Of a stretch of 59,969 nt of DNA, positions 1 to 9,751 are shown piece after piece. The first letter of the stretch is position 1, and every line of letters begins with the position of its first letter. The position numbers and the translations under genes are program-made. Origin of the DNA: a virus; IMG/VR virus record IMGVR_UViG_3300037310_000161; one strand, 5' to 3'. Below the pieces are notes generated by a model. That model did not search any database. It was not told the DNA's origin and worked only from the letters and a program-made list of their open reading frames with translations.

Positions 1-127
1 TTTCCGTAATCTTGTAGACGGCATTTTCCCGCATGAATTTCTTCGCCGCCTCAAGCCGCCCAGCGCGGTTCCGGGTCTCGCTCCACATGCCCTTGAGGGC
101 GTCTATCATCATATCCTCAAGGCCCGC
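1..127. repeat. Terminal overlap copy 1, identical to 59843-59969; the contig is a circle opened inside a gene
   Basis: Read directly: tttccgtaatcttgtagacggc...catatcctcaaggcccgc occurs at 1-127 and again at 59843-59969. An exact 127-nt overlap is what a k=127 de Bruijn assembler leaves on a circular path (inference). Confidence 0.95.
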
Positions 128-3100
128 GACGTTGTAGAAAGTCTTGAAGGCGTTCTTGAGATCGTTGATCGCACTCAGATTGCCATGCTCCGGGATATCG
201 AGCTTCCCGTCACGGGTCATGTAATCCAGGGCGTGAGCCCACTCATGCGCGAGCGACCCGTCACCATGGGGCTTGGTGAGCCCGATAACCCGGTTTGCCG
301 GGTAAAACATCGCCGCCGCCTTCTCACCTTTCCCGCGAGCGCCCCACCCGATACCGAGGCGCATGTCATCGTCTATGGACATCCCGAGATCCGGCGCGCC
401 CAGAGTCTCCGCCAGCATCTTAAAGGAGTCGTAGGTCAGATCGAGGCTTCGCTGTCGGAACCTGTTTTCGACCCACTCACCGAAGTCGCCGCCCCGGAAG
501 CCGAAAACGTCCTGCAGTTCCTGGCCGGTGATGTTGCGCCCGTTGCGGTACTTGTCGGGAGTCTCTATTTCGAAGATACTCACCCGCCGGTTGCGGCGTT
601 CTATGTCCTTGTTCCGGGTCTCCTCCGTCTCGTTAAGGGTGTGGGCGTCCCAATCCTTCAGAAGGTGCATGGAGAGGTCCGTCTTCTTTTTGGTCATCCT
701 GAAGACTGCCCGCCCAAAAGGCGTAAGGTACGTGGTATCTTCGTCGTAAAATCGGGAGATTCTTGAATAGAGGGTGCGCCCGTCCTCCACCCCAAGGTCG
801 GACTCCATTTCCAGGGTGTTGACCCACCGCTCGGCGGTGTCCTCCCCGACGAAGAGCTTGAGGATGTTCTGCCGGGCTTCCATCACGGTGAGCGCGGTGC
901 TGACGGCTTCATCCATCTGCTCCAGGACGGAGATGTATTGGGCTGCCTTGGCCTTGACGAGCTTCTGCTGATCGTCCCCCTTCTTGAGCGCATAGACGAG
1001 TTTATCGGCAAACCGATTGGCCCACCCCTTTTGAATGCTGCGGTCCCGCTCAATAGCGTCCGCATAGGTCGGGAGCTTTTCCCGGAACTCCTTCAGATAT
1101 CGCTCGACCCCGGGGGTCCGGCCTTCCACCGGGTGCACCGTGTTGAAATGCTCCGAACGTGCGGTCATGTTTATGAGGGACTTGGCGATCTGCTCCGGGG
1201 TTGCGTTCTGCGTGATATCGTCCAGATCGACATCGACCGCTTTCACCCGGTCTTCGAACTTCATCCCGGCTCGCTTGCCGCCGAGGGCTTCCCCGAAGTC
1301 TTCGACCTTCGGCCCGCGTTTCTCGCCCTTCTTCTCCTCTTTTTCCGCCTTCTTGGCTGCCTTCATCTCCTCCATGAACCGCCTCAGATATGGCTTGATC
1401 TTGGCGGAGAAGCTGTCGTAAGCCCATTTCACGAACTCCCGGACATCTTTCCCGGCGGCTTGGAACTCTGCCAGGGCCGTCTGAAAATGCGGCTTCGCTT
1501 TCGCGTAGGTGTCCTCATCGATGGCGCCCGGGCCAGATTTGAGCGCCTTGCCGCCGAACAGTTCAAAGAGCCCGGAGACCGCTTCATCCAGGCCTTTGGC
1601 TCCGTGCTCCGCCGCACTCTTCAAGATGTCGCTGGCGGCTCGGACGGGTTTCGGGGTCTTGGGCGTGCGGGGCGTCCGCGGCCCGCCGGCCGGCTTCGTG
1701 ATGGTGATCGATTCATCCGGGGGCGTTTCTGCGGGGGCTGTCTCGGCCGGGGCTGCCTCGCCCTCGTCCAGAATGGCGTCCAACTCGTCCATGGACATTT
1801 CTTGGATCTGATCGGCCGCGCCCTTCCCCCCGGTTTTCTCCGGAGTAACGGTCTCTTCCACCGGGGCAGTCTCCACCGGGGCGGCTTCTTCCACTGGGGC
1901 CGGTGGAAGCGGCCCAGCTTCGATCAATTCCTTAACCTTGTCGGGGACGTTCTCCATTATGAGGGGGTAGATGACCCCGACAACTTCTCCGTTCTGCTTG
2001 ACCGCCACTATGTTGAAAGAGTTTTTCCGTTTGGATTTTTCCCCCACTTGGTGATAAGTCGCGTCCGGGAACTTCTTTCGAAACACGTCAAAGAATCGGG
2101 CGTCTACATGCCCCCCGTTATCGAATGAAATCACCCGGCGGTCTGCGGCATTGTAGAACGCAACCGGGTGAATCTGCTTTTCCCCGGTCTTCGCCTGATC
2201 CACAAAATCTTTGACCTGTTCATCTTCAATCTGGTCGAGCCCTTTCGGTGGCTTCCCCTGGATCACAATTCGACCGTCGGAATAGTAGGACTTGCCGTCC
2301 ACGGTGTGCGTAACCCATGCCTCCTGCCCGCTCGACGTGGGTAGGGGTCTGGGGAGCTTCGGGTTCGCCGGGGGCTGATACTCGGAGATCGGCTTACCTT
2401 CCCGAAACGGGGCGTGCGGATCCTCTTTGCCAGTAAAGTAGGACTCCACAAAAGCCTTGGCTTCTTCTTTCGGGACATGGGTCAGCAGGGCTTCCGCGTC
2501 CGCGAAATACTGTCCAGGTCTGTACCCACGTTTCTCCACCGCCCAGAGCTTTTTATCCTTCATCTGAGTGATGCGGAGATAATCCTTCCGGTTGCCCGCT
2601 TCGTCCAGGGCGTGAACATCAAATTCCTTGTACCCGCTCTTCGTGGTCTCGGGGCCGTACTCGACCGAAGTGTAAAGGGTCTTAACCTCGTCCAGGCCTT
2701 CTTCGACGCTGGGAAGCCGCCCGTACTTTTCGGTAAGCTCGGCTTCGTATTTCTTGAGCTTATCCTTAAGGTCCAGATCCTTTTCGATATCATCCAGGGT
2801 CACGTGGTCGATATCGTGGCGGCTTCCCGACTCAAAGGTTTCTGCTGCCGCCGGGGTTTCGGCTACTGTCGGAACCGTTTCGGTCGCTGTCGGGGTCGGG
2901 GTCGGGGTCGTTTCGGCCACTGTCGGGGCTGCGCCCTGGAGCTTCTTCTGGTTTACCGCGTAAACCTTGCCGGTTTCGTCGTGGATGACTGCCTGCCCCT
3001 TGGCGAAGCTCCTGATTGTGCCGGTGCGGGTCACACCCTTGCTGTCCATCCAGGAGACTGCTCCGCCGACACTGAACCCCTTGGGGGCTCTCGCCCCACC

Positions 3101-5518
3101 AACCCCGCCCCCGCCGGTCGGGGTAATAATCAGCTCAGATGTCGGTGATTTATCACCCGTTTCTGGGGTCGGCCCAGCACCCGCGCCGGCTCCCATCGTT
3201 TCGGTCGTCGGTGATAAATCACCGGCCGCTTGCGTACTCGGGGTGCTCTTCGGTTTTTGAGAGTCTTTAAACTGCGACATCCACCGCTTTAACGTATCGA
3301 CGGCAGATTTTTTAGACATGGCAGACCCCCACCCCAGGTCATCATCCCCGGCCATTAGCCACTGGTCGCCGTATCGGACAAACTGCCCGGAATTGTTATT
3401 AAGCAGACCGCTTTTTAGCTCTTGGGGGGTACGAAGTATAATTCTTTCCGCTCCATCAATATCGTGCCTATATTCAAACCCTTCCGGGTGCGCACGGGCT
3501 ACTTCTTTAAACTTTTCAAGAATACTTTCATCGATATCGACCCACGCTGACCCAGTGGCTGGGATAGCATCAACCGCCCCAATGATTCTTTTTCTGTGCT
3601 CGTCTTCGCTGTCGAGGGTTACTTCTTTTGGCTTTTGAACCACCTCATCCGCCTGCAGGGGTTTCTGAATCAGGGTACTGATGGATGGTTTTCGATATCC
3701 GGTCGGCGTAACCGGGGTTTCCTGCAGGCTCTTCAGCCGGATTTCCTCTTCTGTAAGCTCCGGACCCGCCGTCTGTTCTTGCGCAAGTGGTTTCCGGGTT
3801 ACAGTTTCAAGGCTTGGCTCGCGGTACGAGGCCTTCTCGACCGGGGTTTCCTGAAGCTCTTTCAGCCGCGCCTCGTACTTGGCGAGGTTCCGCTTCTGGG
3901 TTTCAGAGCGGGTCCATTCCCGGATCTTAGTCAGGTTGGCTATCCGCCACTCAAGGTCTGCCTGCTCCTGCTGGCGGCTGGCAAGCTCATCCTTCTGCTG
4001 CTGCTGCACCAGGATCGCGGCTTCATCGACCCCCCGATCATACATCTCTGTTTCCTGGTCTGCGGGGACGGGCGCTTCCTCGGGAAGGGTTTGCGGAGTC
4101 TCACGATCCGTGCGGAGCTTATGCGCGTCAAACAGGTCTTCCGCTTCAAGAGTCCCGTGGATCTCTGCGATCCGGGCGTCCACGTCCGCAGGCGGTACGC
4201 CTTTCGTCTTGGTGTCTTCCAGGTACTGAAGCTCCGTTTCAAGATCCTGCCTGGAAACCGGCGTGCCCGTGACATCCACGCCCTGATCCCCGTAATACTT
4301 CGCCATCTGCGCCCGGTAGTCTTCAAGGTTCCGGGTCTGCTCGGGCGTCCGAACCTTCTCCGGGATCTTCTCAAGGTTGGCGATCTTCAGGTCCAGATCG
4401 GTCAGACTGTCATCGGCGGAGATCACCCGCCCGTTTTGAACGGCATCCGTGGCGTACCGCCGCCACATTTCCGCTGTGGTCGGGCTCTGCGGCTTGATCG
4501 ATTCATAGGCATAGTTGACCGCCGCCATGCGCTTTTCCGGCGCGGTAGCCGGGTCTTCCAGGGCTTTCGTCATCGAGCGGTTCTGGAGAGCTTTAACCCC
4601 CTGCCCGGCCCCGACGAGGATCATGGAAGCGGTGAGCGCCGGGCCGAAGGCGGCCTTGGCGGCATCCCACCAGCCCTGATCGCCTATCCCGAGGGCGCGC
4701 TCTTCTTCAGCCTGCCCCGCCGCCGTTCCCATTTCCGAGCCGACTTCCGCAACCGCAACCCCGCCTGCCTTCTTTGCAAACTCTTTGAAGGACGTGGTGA
4801 AAAGATCCTTTACGGCGGAGAATGCCGCTTTCTTTTCCGGACCGCCGAGAAGCCCCAGGATCTTGGCCCCCACCAAGTCGGAGAGGATTTCACCGCCGGT
4901 CTCGTAGAGGGCTTCCCGAACCGCCGTGGGTCGGGTCAACCGCTCGGCTTCTTCCTGCGTCTTGCCTTCGGCCATGAACTTTTTGACGCCACGCTCCATT
5001 ACGTCATCATACTGGGCGAGCCCGAACGTAGTACCCGCCGAGAGCGCGAAGCCGACCATTGCCGGAGCCCCTGCTACAGCTACTGCCGCGCCGGGAAGGC
5101 CCGCGCTGATAGACTGTACCGCCGATTCGACGCCGCCGGTCACACTGCCCCAGACCGGGCCTTCCTCCCGGCTGGACTGCTGCATGAGCGGGGTCGTTTC
5201 CTTCCACCCTTCCAGGCTCTTGAGCCCTCGAGTCGTGAGATCGTTCACCACTTCGACCCCGCCCTTGGGGTCGAGGGTGCGCGCCGCCTGGAGGACCATC
5301 TCCCCAGCACCTACAACGCCGCGAGAAACGGCGGACCCCAGGTCTCCCAGATACCCGCGCTCTTCCGCCCCGATCTTCGCTTCCTGCTTTGACAGGTCCT
5401 CGTGGATCGTTTCCAGGTCGGAAAGGAATCCGCCCGGCTGGGGGGTTTTCGACTGAGCGCTTTCTTCCTCAGCCAGTTTCCTGTTGTGGATAGCTTCGAG
5501 ATAGTCAAGGAAAGCCAT
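1..5518 (-). CDS. Giant polyvalent virion protein, N-terminal about 1,839 codons; the ORF continues through the circular junction into 59842..49581 (5,259 aa in total)
   Basis: ATG at 5518 lies 14 nt after the upstream stop (5532) and follows a GGGAG RBS. Hand translation starts MAFLDYLEAIHNRKLAEEES. Spot checks: 5341-5401 (EDLSKQEAKIGAEERGYLGD), 5015-5104 (GLPGAAVAVAGAPAMVGFALS) and 226-310 (MFYPANRVIGLTKPHGDGSLAHEWAHALDY). The track lists no complete minus-strand ORF in this frame over 5.5 kb, as expected if the frame is open to base 1. (5518-112)/3 = 1802, so it is in frame with the listed 49581..59954 ORF. Confidence 0.85.
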   Translation of the reverse strand, partial: MAFLDYLEAIHNRKLAEEESAQSKTPQPGGFLSDLETIHEDLSKQEAKIGAEERGYLGDLGSAVSRGVVGAGEMVLQAARTLDPKGGVEVVNDLTTRGLKSLEGWKETTPLMQQSSREEGPVWGSVTGGVESAVQSISAGLPGAAVAVAGAPAMVGFALSAGTTFGLAQYDDVMERGVKKFMAEGKTQEEAERLTRPTAVREALYETGGEILSDLVGAKILGLLGGPEKKAAFSAVKDLFTTSFKEFAKKAGGVAVAEVGSEMGTAAGQAEEERALGIGDQGWWDAAKAAFGPALTASMILVGAGQGVKALQNRSMTKALEDPATAPEKRMAAVNYAYESIKPQSPTTAEMWRRYATDAVQNGRVISADDSLTDLDLKIANLEKIPEKVRTPEQTRNLEDYRAQMAKYYGDQGVDVTGTPVSRQDLETELQYLEDTKTKGVPPADVDARIAEIHGTLEAEDLFDAHKLRTDRETPQTLPEEAPVPADQETEMYDRGVDEAAILVQQQQKDELASRQQEQADLEWRIANLTKIREWTRSETQKRNLAKYEARLKELQETPVEKASYREPSLETVTRKPLAQEQTAGPELTEEEIRLKSLQETPVTPTGYRKPSISTLIQKPLQADEVVQKPKEVTLDSEDEHRKRIIGAVDAIPATGSAWVDIDESILEKFKEVARAHPEGFEYRHDIDGAERIILRTPQELKSGLLNNNSGQFVRYGDQWLMAGDDDLGWGSAMSKKSAVDTLKRWMSQFKDSQKPKSTPSTQAAGDLSPTTETMGAGAGAGPTPETGDKSPTSELIITPTGGGGVGGARAPKGFSVGGAVSWMDSKGVTRTGTIRSFAKGQAVIHDETGKVYAVNQKKLQGAAPTVAETTPTPTPTATETVPTVAETPAAAETFESGSRHDIDHVTLDDIEKDLDLKDKLKKYEAELTEKYGRLPSVEEGLDEVKTLYTSVEYGPETTKSGYKEFDVHALDEAGNRKDYLRITQMKDKKLWAVEKRGYRPGQYFADAEALLTHVPKEEAKAFVESYFTGKEDPHAPFREGKPISEYQPPANPKLPRPLPTSSGQEAWVTHTVDGKSYYSDGRIVIQGKPPKGLDQIEDEQVKDFVDQAKTGEKQIHPVAFYNAADRRVISFDNGGHVDARFFDVFRKKFPDATYHQVGEKSKRKNSFNIVAVKQNGEVVGVIYPLIMENVPDKVKELIEAGPLPPAPVEEAAPVETAPVEETVTPEKTGGKGAADQIQEMSMDELDAILDEGEAAPAETAPAETPPDESITITKPAGGPRTPRTPKTPKPVRAASDILKSAAEHGAKGLDEAVSGLFELFGGKALKSGPGAIDEDTYAKAKPHFQTALAEFQAAGKDVREFVKWAYDSFSAKIKPYLRRFMEEMKAAKKAEKEEKKGEKRGPKVEDFGEALGGKRAGMKFEDRVKAVDVDLDDITQNATPEQIAKSLINMTARSEHFNTVHPVEGRTPGVERYLKEFREKLPTYADAIERDRSIQKGWANRFADKLVYALKKGDDQQKLVKAKAAQYISVLEQMDEAVSTALTVMEARQNILKLFVGEDTAERWVNTLEMESDLGVEDGRTLYSRISRFYDEDTTYLTPFGRAVFRMTKKKTDLSMHLLKDWDAHTLNETEETRNKDIERRNRRVSIFEIETPDKYRNGRNITGQELQDVFGFRGGDFGEWVENRFRQRSLDLTYDSFKMLAETLGAPDLGMSIDDDMRLGIGWGARGKGEKAAAMFYPANRVIGLTKPHGDGSLAHEWAHALDYMTRDGKLDIPEHGNLSAINDLKNAFKTFYNVAGLEDMMIDALKGMWSETRNRAGRLEAAKKFMRENAVYKITE
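233..247 (-). other. HEWAH (HExxH) zinc-metallopeptidase motif of the giant ORF; the domain spans the junction (about 1-600 plus 59721-59969)
   Basis: The reverse complement of 233-247 is catgagtgggctcac = HEWAH. Context is GIGWGARGKGEKAAAMFYPANRVIGLTKPHGDGSLAHEWAHALDY, followed by PDEMFARAFEAYV after the junction. This resembles the metallopeptidase of phage and plasmid polyvalent proteins (recollection, needs HMM). Confidence 0.7.
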
Positions 5519-5531
5519 GGATGCCGTCTCC

Positions 5532-6959
5532 CTACTTCGTGCTCCTGTAGATGCTAAGAATGGCGTCTCTTTGTTCTTTTGGGAGACGCGCAAAGATAGA
5601 CTTCTGCTGTGCTTCCGGGTACTGCTGAAAGAGCTGCATCATTTCCTGCGGACTTTTGGACTTTGCAATGGCGGCGGCCGCCCGACTAACCTGCACTTCC
5701 GGGTCTACCTTCTGCTCCCCGGTTCTTTCATTAAAGAAAACGGGCTCTTCATCCCCTTCCAGCGTTTGACGCATCCGCACGTCATATTTATCCGCGCCCT
5801 TGGTTTCCGCCATGATCCGGGCCGTTTTCTCTGCGCCTTCGTTTGCGAGCTTGCGCTCTTCGAGCCGCCCGGCAATCACCGCTTTTTCGCGCGCGAGTGC
5901 GTTTTCACCGGAAAGGATCTCGCGGGCCATGGCTCCCTCGTTCTGCATCCCCTGTAGCGTCCGCTGAGTGGCCTGCTGCCGTGCATTTTCCACAGCATTC
6001 TGATACTGCGCGCCGGTCATGTGGTTGCTCCAAATCGGGTAATCCACCCGGCCAGGATCGGGCTGGCCGGAGTAGGAGACCCTGGACCCCCGAATCTCCA
6101 TTATAGGCTGCCTGGTGGTAGGATTCACGATTGCCGAGGGGCTATTCTGCGCGGCGGACTCCGCCTGTCTCGGCTGAAGGGCGTTGATCGCTTCCTCCAT
6201 CCAGGGCGGACGGGGAAGCGGCGGAAGCGCCGCCAGCGTCTGCTCTTGCTGGACCTTTGCTTGAGTTCTTTCCTGCTCGGCCTTCATGGCGTCGGGCGAG
6301 TTGATCGAGACCTTCATGGTTCCCCCGTCGGGGGTCCGCATGGTCTGAATGAAATTTTGAACCGGGAGCCCTGTTTGAATCGGAGCCGCCGAGGCGGCCG
6401 CCGCGCCAAGGATCTTTTGAATGCGGTCTGAGAGGCCCGAAACTTGTGCTGCGGTCTGCTGCAAAGTAGGCCTTGGTGTGCCCATACCGGACGGGTCATA
6501 GGGGCCTGGAAGAGGCTTCGGCGCCGTTACGGGCCGAGGGGTGTCCGGCCCGGGAAAGACGCCCGGATTGTTCGGATTCGGCCCGAGGGGTGTCTCAGGG
6601 CGCGTATCTTCCATCCACCTTCCGGCGGGCATCGCCTGTCCTGCCCCTGCATCCTGGGGGGCTTTTCCGGACTGATATCGTTGATAGCTTTGCCACATGC
6701 TGTCCGCGTTCGTGAAGGGGTTGGCTTGGCGATAGGGCTGTTCCTGGATGTATAGAACCCGTTGAGCGGGATCTGCGGCCTTGTCCCCGAACCCCCGAAA
6801 TGGGGCGGCAAAAGACTCCGTGTTAATCAGCCCCTCCGTCGGGGCGCCAAACTTGGCATGAATGGCTTGTTCAATTCTTCGCCCAAGATCCGGTGTGACT
6901 TCGGGGGCAGCCTGCCCCGCGAGCTTCTTTCTCTTCTCTTCTTCAGTCAAGTAAGCCAT
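5532..6959 (-). CDS. Virion-module protein of unknown function (475 aa, Pro/Gln-rich centre)
   Basis: Track ORF. A GAGGGAG RBS lies just upstream of ATG 6959. It is tightly packed between the 924-aa repeat protein and the giant ORF. No motif recognised. Confidence 0.6.
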   Translation of the reverse strand: MAYLTEEEKRKKLAGQAAPEVTPDLGRRIEQAIHAKFGAPTEGLINTESFAAPFRGFGDKAADPAQRVLYIQEQPYRQANPFTNADSMWQSYQRYQSGKAPQDAGAGQAMPAGRWMEDTRPETPLGPNPNNPGVFPGPDTPRPVTAPKPLPGPYDPSGMGTPRPTLQQTAAQVSGLSDRIQKILGAAAASAAPIQTGLPVQNFIQTMRTPDGGTMKVSINSPDAMKAEQERTQAKVQQEQTLAALPPLPRPPWMEEAINALQPRQAESAAQNSPSAIVNPTTRQPIMEIRGSRVSYSGQPDPGRVDYPIWSNHMTGAQYQNAVENARQQATQRTLQGMQNEGAMAREILSGENALAREKAVIAGRLEERKLANEGAEKTARIMAETKGADKYDVRMRQTLEGDEEPVFFNERTGEQKVDPEVQVSRAAAAIAKSKSPQEMMQLFQQYPEAQQKSIFARLPKEQRDAILSIYRSTK

Positions 6960-6972
6960 GGGCGAACTCCCT

Positions 6973-9747
6973 CTAGTCGTTATGGTGGTAAATGTGCGAA
7001 GTGCTGACGCCGATGGACTCGGTCTCCGCCCCCGTACCAGTTTGGCTTGTGCTGTCGCTCCGCTGTTCGTGGAACCCGATACTCATCCCGGCGCTCACGC
7101 TGCCGAGCGCTGAAGCCATCATCTGGGCCGCGACCATGGCGGCCTGTTTCATGGCTTCCTTGTTGAACCCGTAGGCCTGGACCTTCTCTTCGAGGAGCGT
7201 CTGAGCCCGTTTTATGAGAAGCTCGGCTTCCGCCACGTTCTCTTTTACCAGTTCTGCAAAGACCTTTACCAGTGCATCCCACATGCTGGCATATACCTGC
7301 GCGTCGGCTTCGTAGAGTTTAACCAGGCCCTCGTTCTTTTTGGACTGAATCTCGGCAATGGCGGTGTCGCGGGTAATGAGGGTCTTGATCCTCTCCATCA
7401 TGATCTGAGCCTCGGAAACGTTCTGCTTCACCAGCTCGGAAAAGATCTGCGTGAGAGCGTTCCAGGTCTGGGCGTAAACCGTTGAGTCGGCTTCGTAAAT
7501 CCGAATTAGACCCTCGTTATTTTTGAGCTTCAGCTCCGCCGCCTGGACCTCGGCCTGAAGACGCTTGACCGCAACGTCCGCCGCCGCGATGTTTTCTTTC
7601 ACCAGCTCGGAAAAGATTTGGGTGAGGGCGTTCCACTGCTGGGCGTAAACCTGTGCGTCCGCCTCATAGATCCGAATGAGTCCGTCGTTTGCCTTGAGCG
7701 TCAACTCCGCCGCCTGGATCTCCGCCTGCACCCGTTTGAAGAGCACGTCGGCCTGCGCCACGTTCTCTTTGACCTTCTCGCTGAAAATCTGCGTAAGGGC
7801 GTTCCAGGCCTGCGAGTACATCCCCGCGTCGGCTTCATAGAGCCGGATCAGGTTCTCGTTCTTCTTGCTTCGAATCTCGGCAAAGGCGGTATCCCGCTGA
7901 ATCGTGACCTTGATCCGCTCCATGGCCAGCTCGGCCGCCGCGATGTTTTCTTTCACCAGCTCGGAAAAGATCTGGGTGAGGGCGTTCCACTGCTGAGCAT
8001 AGACGGAGGCATCGGCTTCGTAAATCCGAATAAGCCCGTCGTTGGCTTTGATGGACAGCTCCGCCGCCTGAATCTCTGCCTGAACGCGGCGGTACAGAGC
8101 CTCGGAAGCGGCAACATTTTGTTTCACCTGTTCGCTGAAAATGGCCGTGAGAGCGTTCCAGGCCTGCGAGTAGGCCCCGGAGTCCGCTTCATAGAGCCGG
8201 ATCAGGTTCTCGTTCTTCTTGCTTCGAATCTCGGCAAAGGCGGTATCCCGCTGGAGAATCACCTTGATTCGCTCAAGGGCGATGTTGGCGGCGGTCTCAT
8301 TCTCCCGCGCAAGCACTGTGAAGACCTTGGTGAGTGCGTCCCATTGCTGGGCGTAAACCTGCGCGTCGGCTTCGTAGAGCTTGACCAGCCCGTCATTCTT
8401 CTTGGACTTGATGTCCGCGATGGCGGTATCCCGCATGATGAGAGCCTTGAGCCTCTCGATCTTGCCCTGGAAGATCGCGACCGCGTTGCGGGTGAGGTCA
8501 AGGAAGTAGTCCATCAGGTTCTTTTCAATCTGAATGGCTTTCTCGACGGCAAAGTGCGTGTTGGTCTGGGCAAGCCGGGCCTGCTCGATGGCAATCTCGC
8601 TGTTCAGGATCGTGAGGTTCCGCTCGATCCGGGCGTTAGCCTCCGCGTACTGCCCGAAGTAGGCTCCGGGCGGGTGGTGCCACCCCTGGACCGAGAAGCG
8701 TTCCGTGATATCCGCCCTCGTCTTTTCGCTCTCCAGCTCCTGGCGGGCGCGGGCGTTTTGCCAGATCTCGGCTTCGATGGCCGAGCCGAGCCCCGTTCCG
8801 CCGTTCAGAACCCAGTTCAGGAGCTTGGCGATCACGGCGCGAGTAAGCTCGGAGGTGTACTCCCCGCTCATAGGCTCAAACTCCACCGCCTCAAGCTCGG
8901 CGCTCACGGTGATGTCTTCGAGCGTCGGGCGAACGGGTGCGGCGGGGTTGATCTCGGGAACCGAGCCCAGCCGGTCCAGCGTGACCGTGGTGTCGATTTC
9001 CGAGGTCTCGATGTCGGTAAGTGCTGGCCTGACAGGTTCAACCGGGTTGACGGCGGGCGGGTCCGCCGCCCGCTCAAACGTGATGTCCGCCTCTACGGAA
9101 TCCACCGTCGCAAGTGTCGGACGAACCGGGGCGACCGGATTGATACTAGGAGTCGAGCCCACCCGCTCAAGCTCCACCCCGTCCACGTCGATGTCCCCCA
9201 GCTCGACGGTGTCGAGCGTGGGTCTGGATGGCTCAACGGGTGTAATGCCTGGAACCTCCGACTGCTTTTCGAAGGCGATCCCGCTTGTGTCCACCGTGGA
9301 GTCCACGTCCGCAAGCGCTGGGCGAACCGGGGCAACGGGGTTGACTGAGGGAACCCCTCCCTGTCTTTCGAAAGCGACTCCGCTCAAATCAAAATCGGTG
9401 TCCGGCTCAACCAGAGTCGGCCGCGTCGGGGCGACGGGCGTTGGTGTCGCAGGAGTAGTTTCCCGCTGAAAGGTGATATCCGCAGCAGTGTCGGGGACCG
9501 TAATATCCTCGATCTCCGGCCGGACCGGGGCAACCGGGTTGATGCTGGGCGGCGCCCCCACCCGCTGAAGAACAACGTCCGCCAGATCCATGTCGATGAG
9601 ATCTAGGGCGAGAAGCTGTTGCAGCAGGGCCGAGGCTTGCGCGTAGGCATCGGAGGCATAGTCCCCCGAAAGCCTGAAGCGGCTTTCTACAACGGCGCGG
9701 GTGTCCTCGCCCGTAATCGGTGGAACAGATGGAACTCCGATAGCCAT
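6973..9747 (-). CDS. Repeat-rich virion protein (924 aa) with two internal repeat families
   Basis: Track ORF with a GAGGAG RBS. It has about 6 N-terminal repeats of about 33 aa (xNPVAPVRPxL...) and about 8 C-terminal helical repeats of about 58 aa (LIRIYEADAQVYAQQWNALTQIFSELVKENIAAA...). Confidence 0.7.
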   Translation of the reverse strand: MAIGVPSVPPITGEDTRAVVESRFRLSGDYASDAYAQASALLQQLLALDLIDMDLADVVLQRVGAPPSINPVAPVRPEIEDITVPDTAADITFQRETTPATPTPVAPTRPTLVEPDTDFDLSGVAFERQGGVPSVNPVAPVRPALADVDSTVDTSGIAFEKQSEVPGITPVEPSRPTLDTVELGDIDVDGVELERVGSTPSINPVAPVRPTLATVDSVEADITFERAADPPAVNPVEPVRPALTDIETSEIDTTVTLDRLGSVPEINPAAPVRPTLEDITVSAELEAVEFEPMSGEYTSELTRAVIAKLLNWVLNGGTGLGSAIEAEIWQNARARQELESEKTRADITERFSVQGWHHPPGAYFGQYAEANARIERNLTILNSEIAIEQARLAQTNTHFAVEKAIQIEKNLMDYFLDLTRNAVAIFQGKIERLKALIMRDTAIADIKSKKNDGLVKLYEADAQVYAQQWDALTKVFTVLARENETAANIALERIKVILQRDTAFAEIRSKKNENLIRLYEADSGAYSQAWNALTAIFSEQVKQNVAASEALYRRVQAEIQAAELSIKANDGLIRIYEADASVYAQQWNALTQIFSELVKENIAAAELAMERIKVTIQRDTAFAEIRSKKNENLIRLYEADAGMYSQAWNALTQIFSEKVKENVAQADVLFKRVQAEIQAAELTLKANDGLIRIYEADAQVYAQQWNALTQIFSELVKENIAAADVAVKRLQAEVQAAELKLKNNEGLIRIYEADSTVYAQTWNALTQIFSELVKQNVSEAQIMMERIKTLITRDTAIAEIQSKKNEGLVKLYEADAQVYASMWDALVKVFAELVKENVAEAELLIKRAQTLLEEKVQAYGFNKEAMKQAAMVAAQMMASALGSVSAGMSIGFHEQRSDSTSQTGTGAETESIGVSTSHIYHHND

Positions 9748-9751
9748 TGAC

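Noticed and set aside
1-127. The 127-bp end repeat as a genuine physical direct terminal repeat of the virion DNA
   Set aside because: It falls in the middle of a continuous ORF, and its length equals a common maximal assembler k-mer. It cannot be decided without reads, so it is reported only as a circularity signature.
3596-5392. Long plus-strand ORFs over 185-5456 (193, 396, 244, 598 and 176 aa and others)
   Set aside because: They are antisense shadows of the giant minus-strand ORF in GC-rich DNA. They have Arg/Gly/Leu/Pro-skewed, low-complexity translations, no RBSs, and overlap one another. The minus-strand frame gives coherent protein sequence with recognisable motifs.
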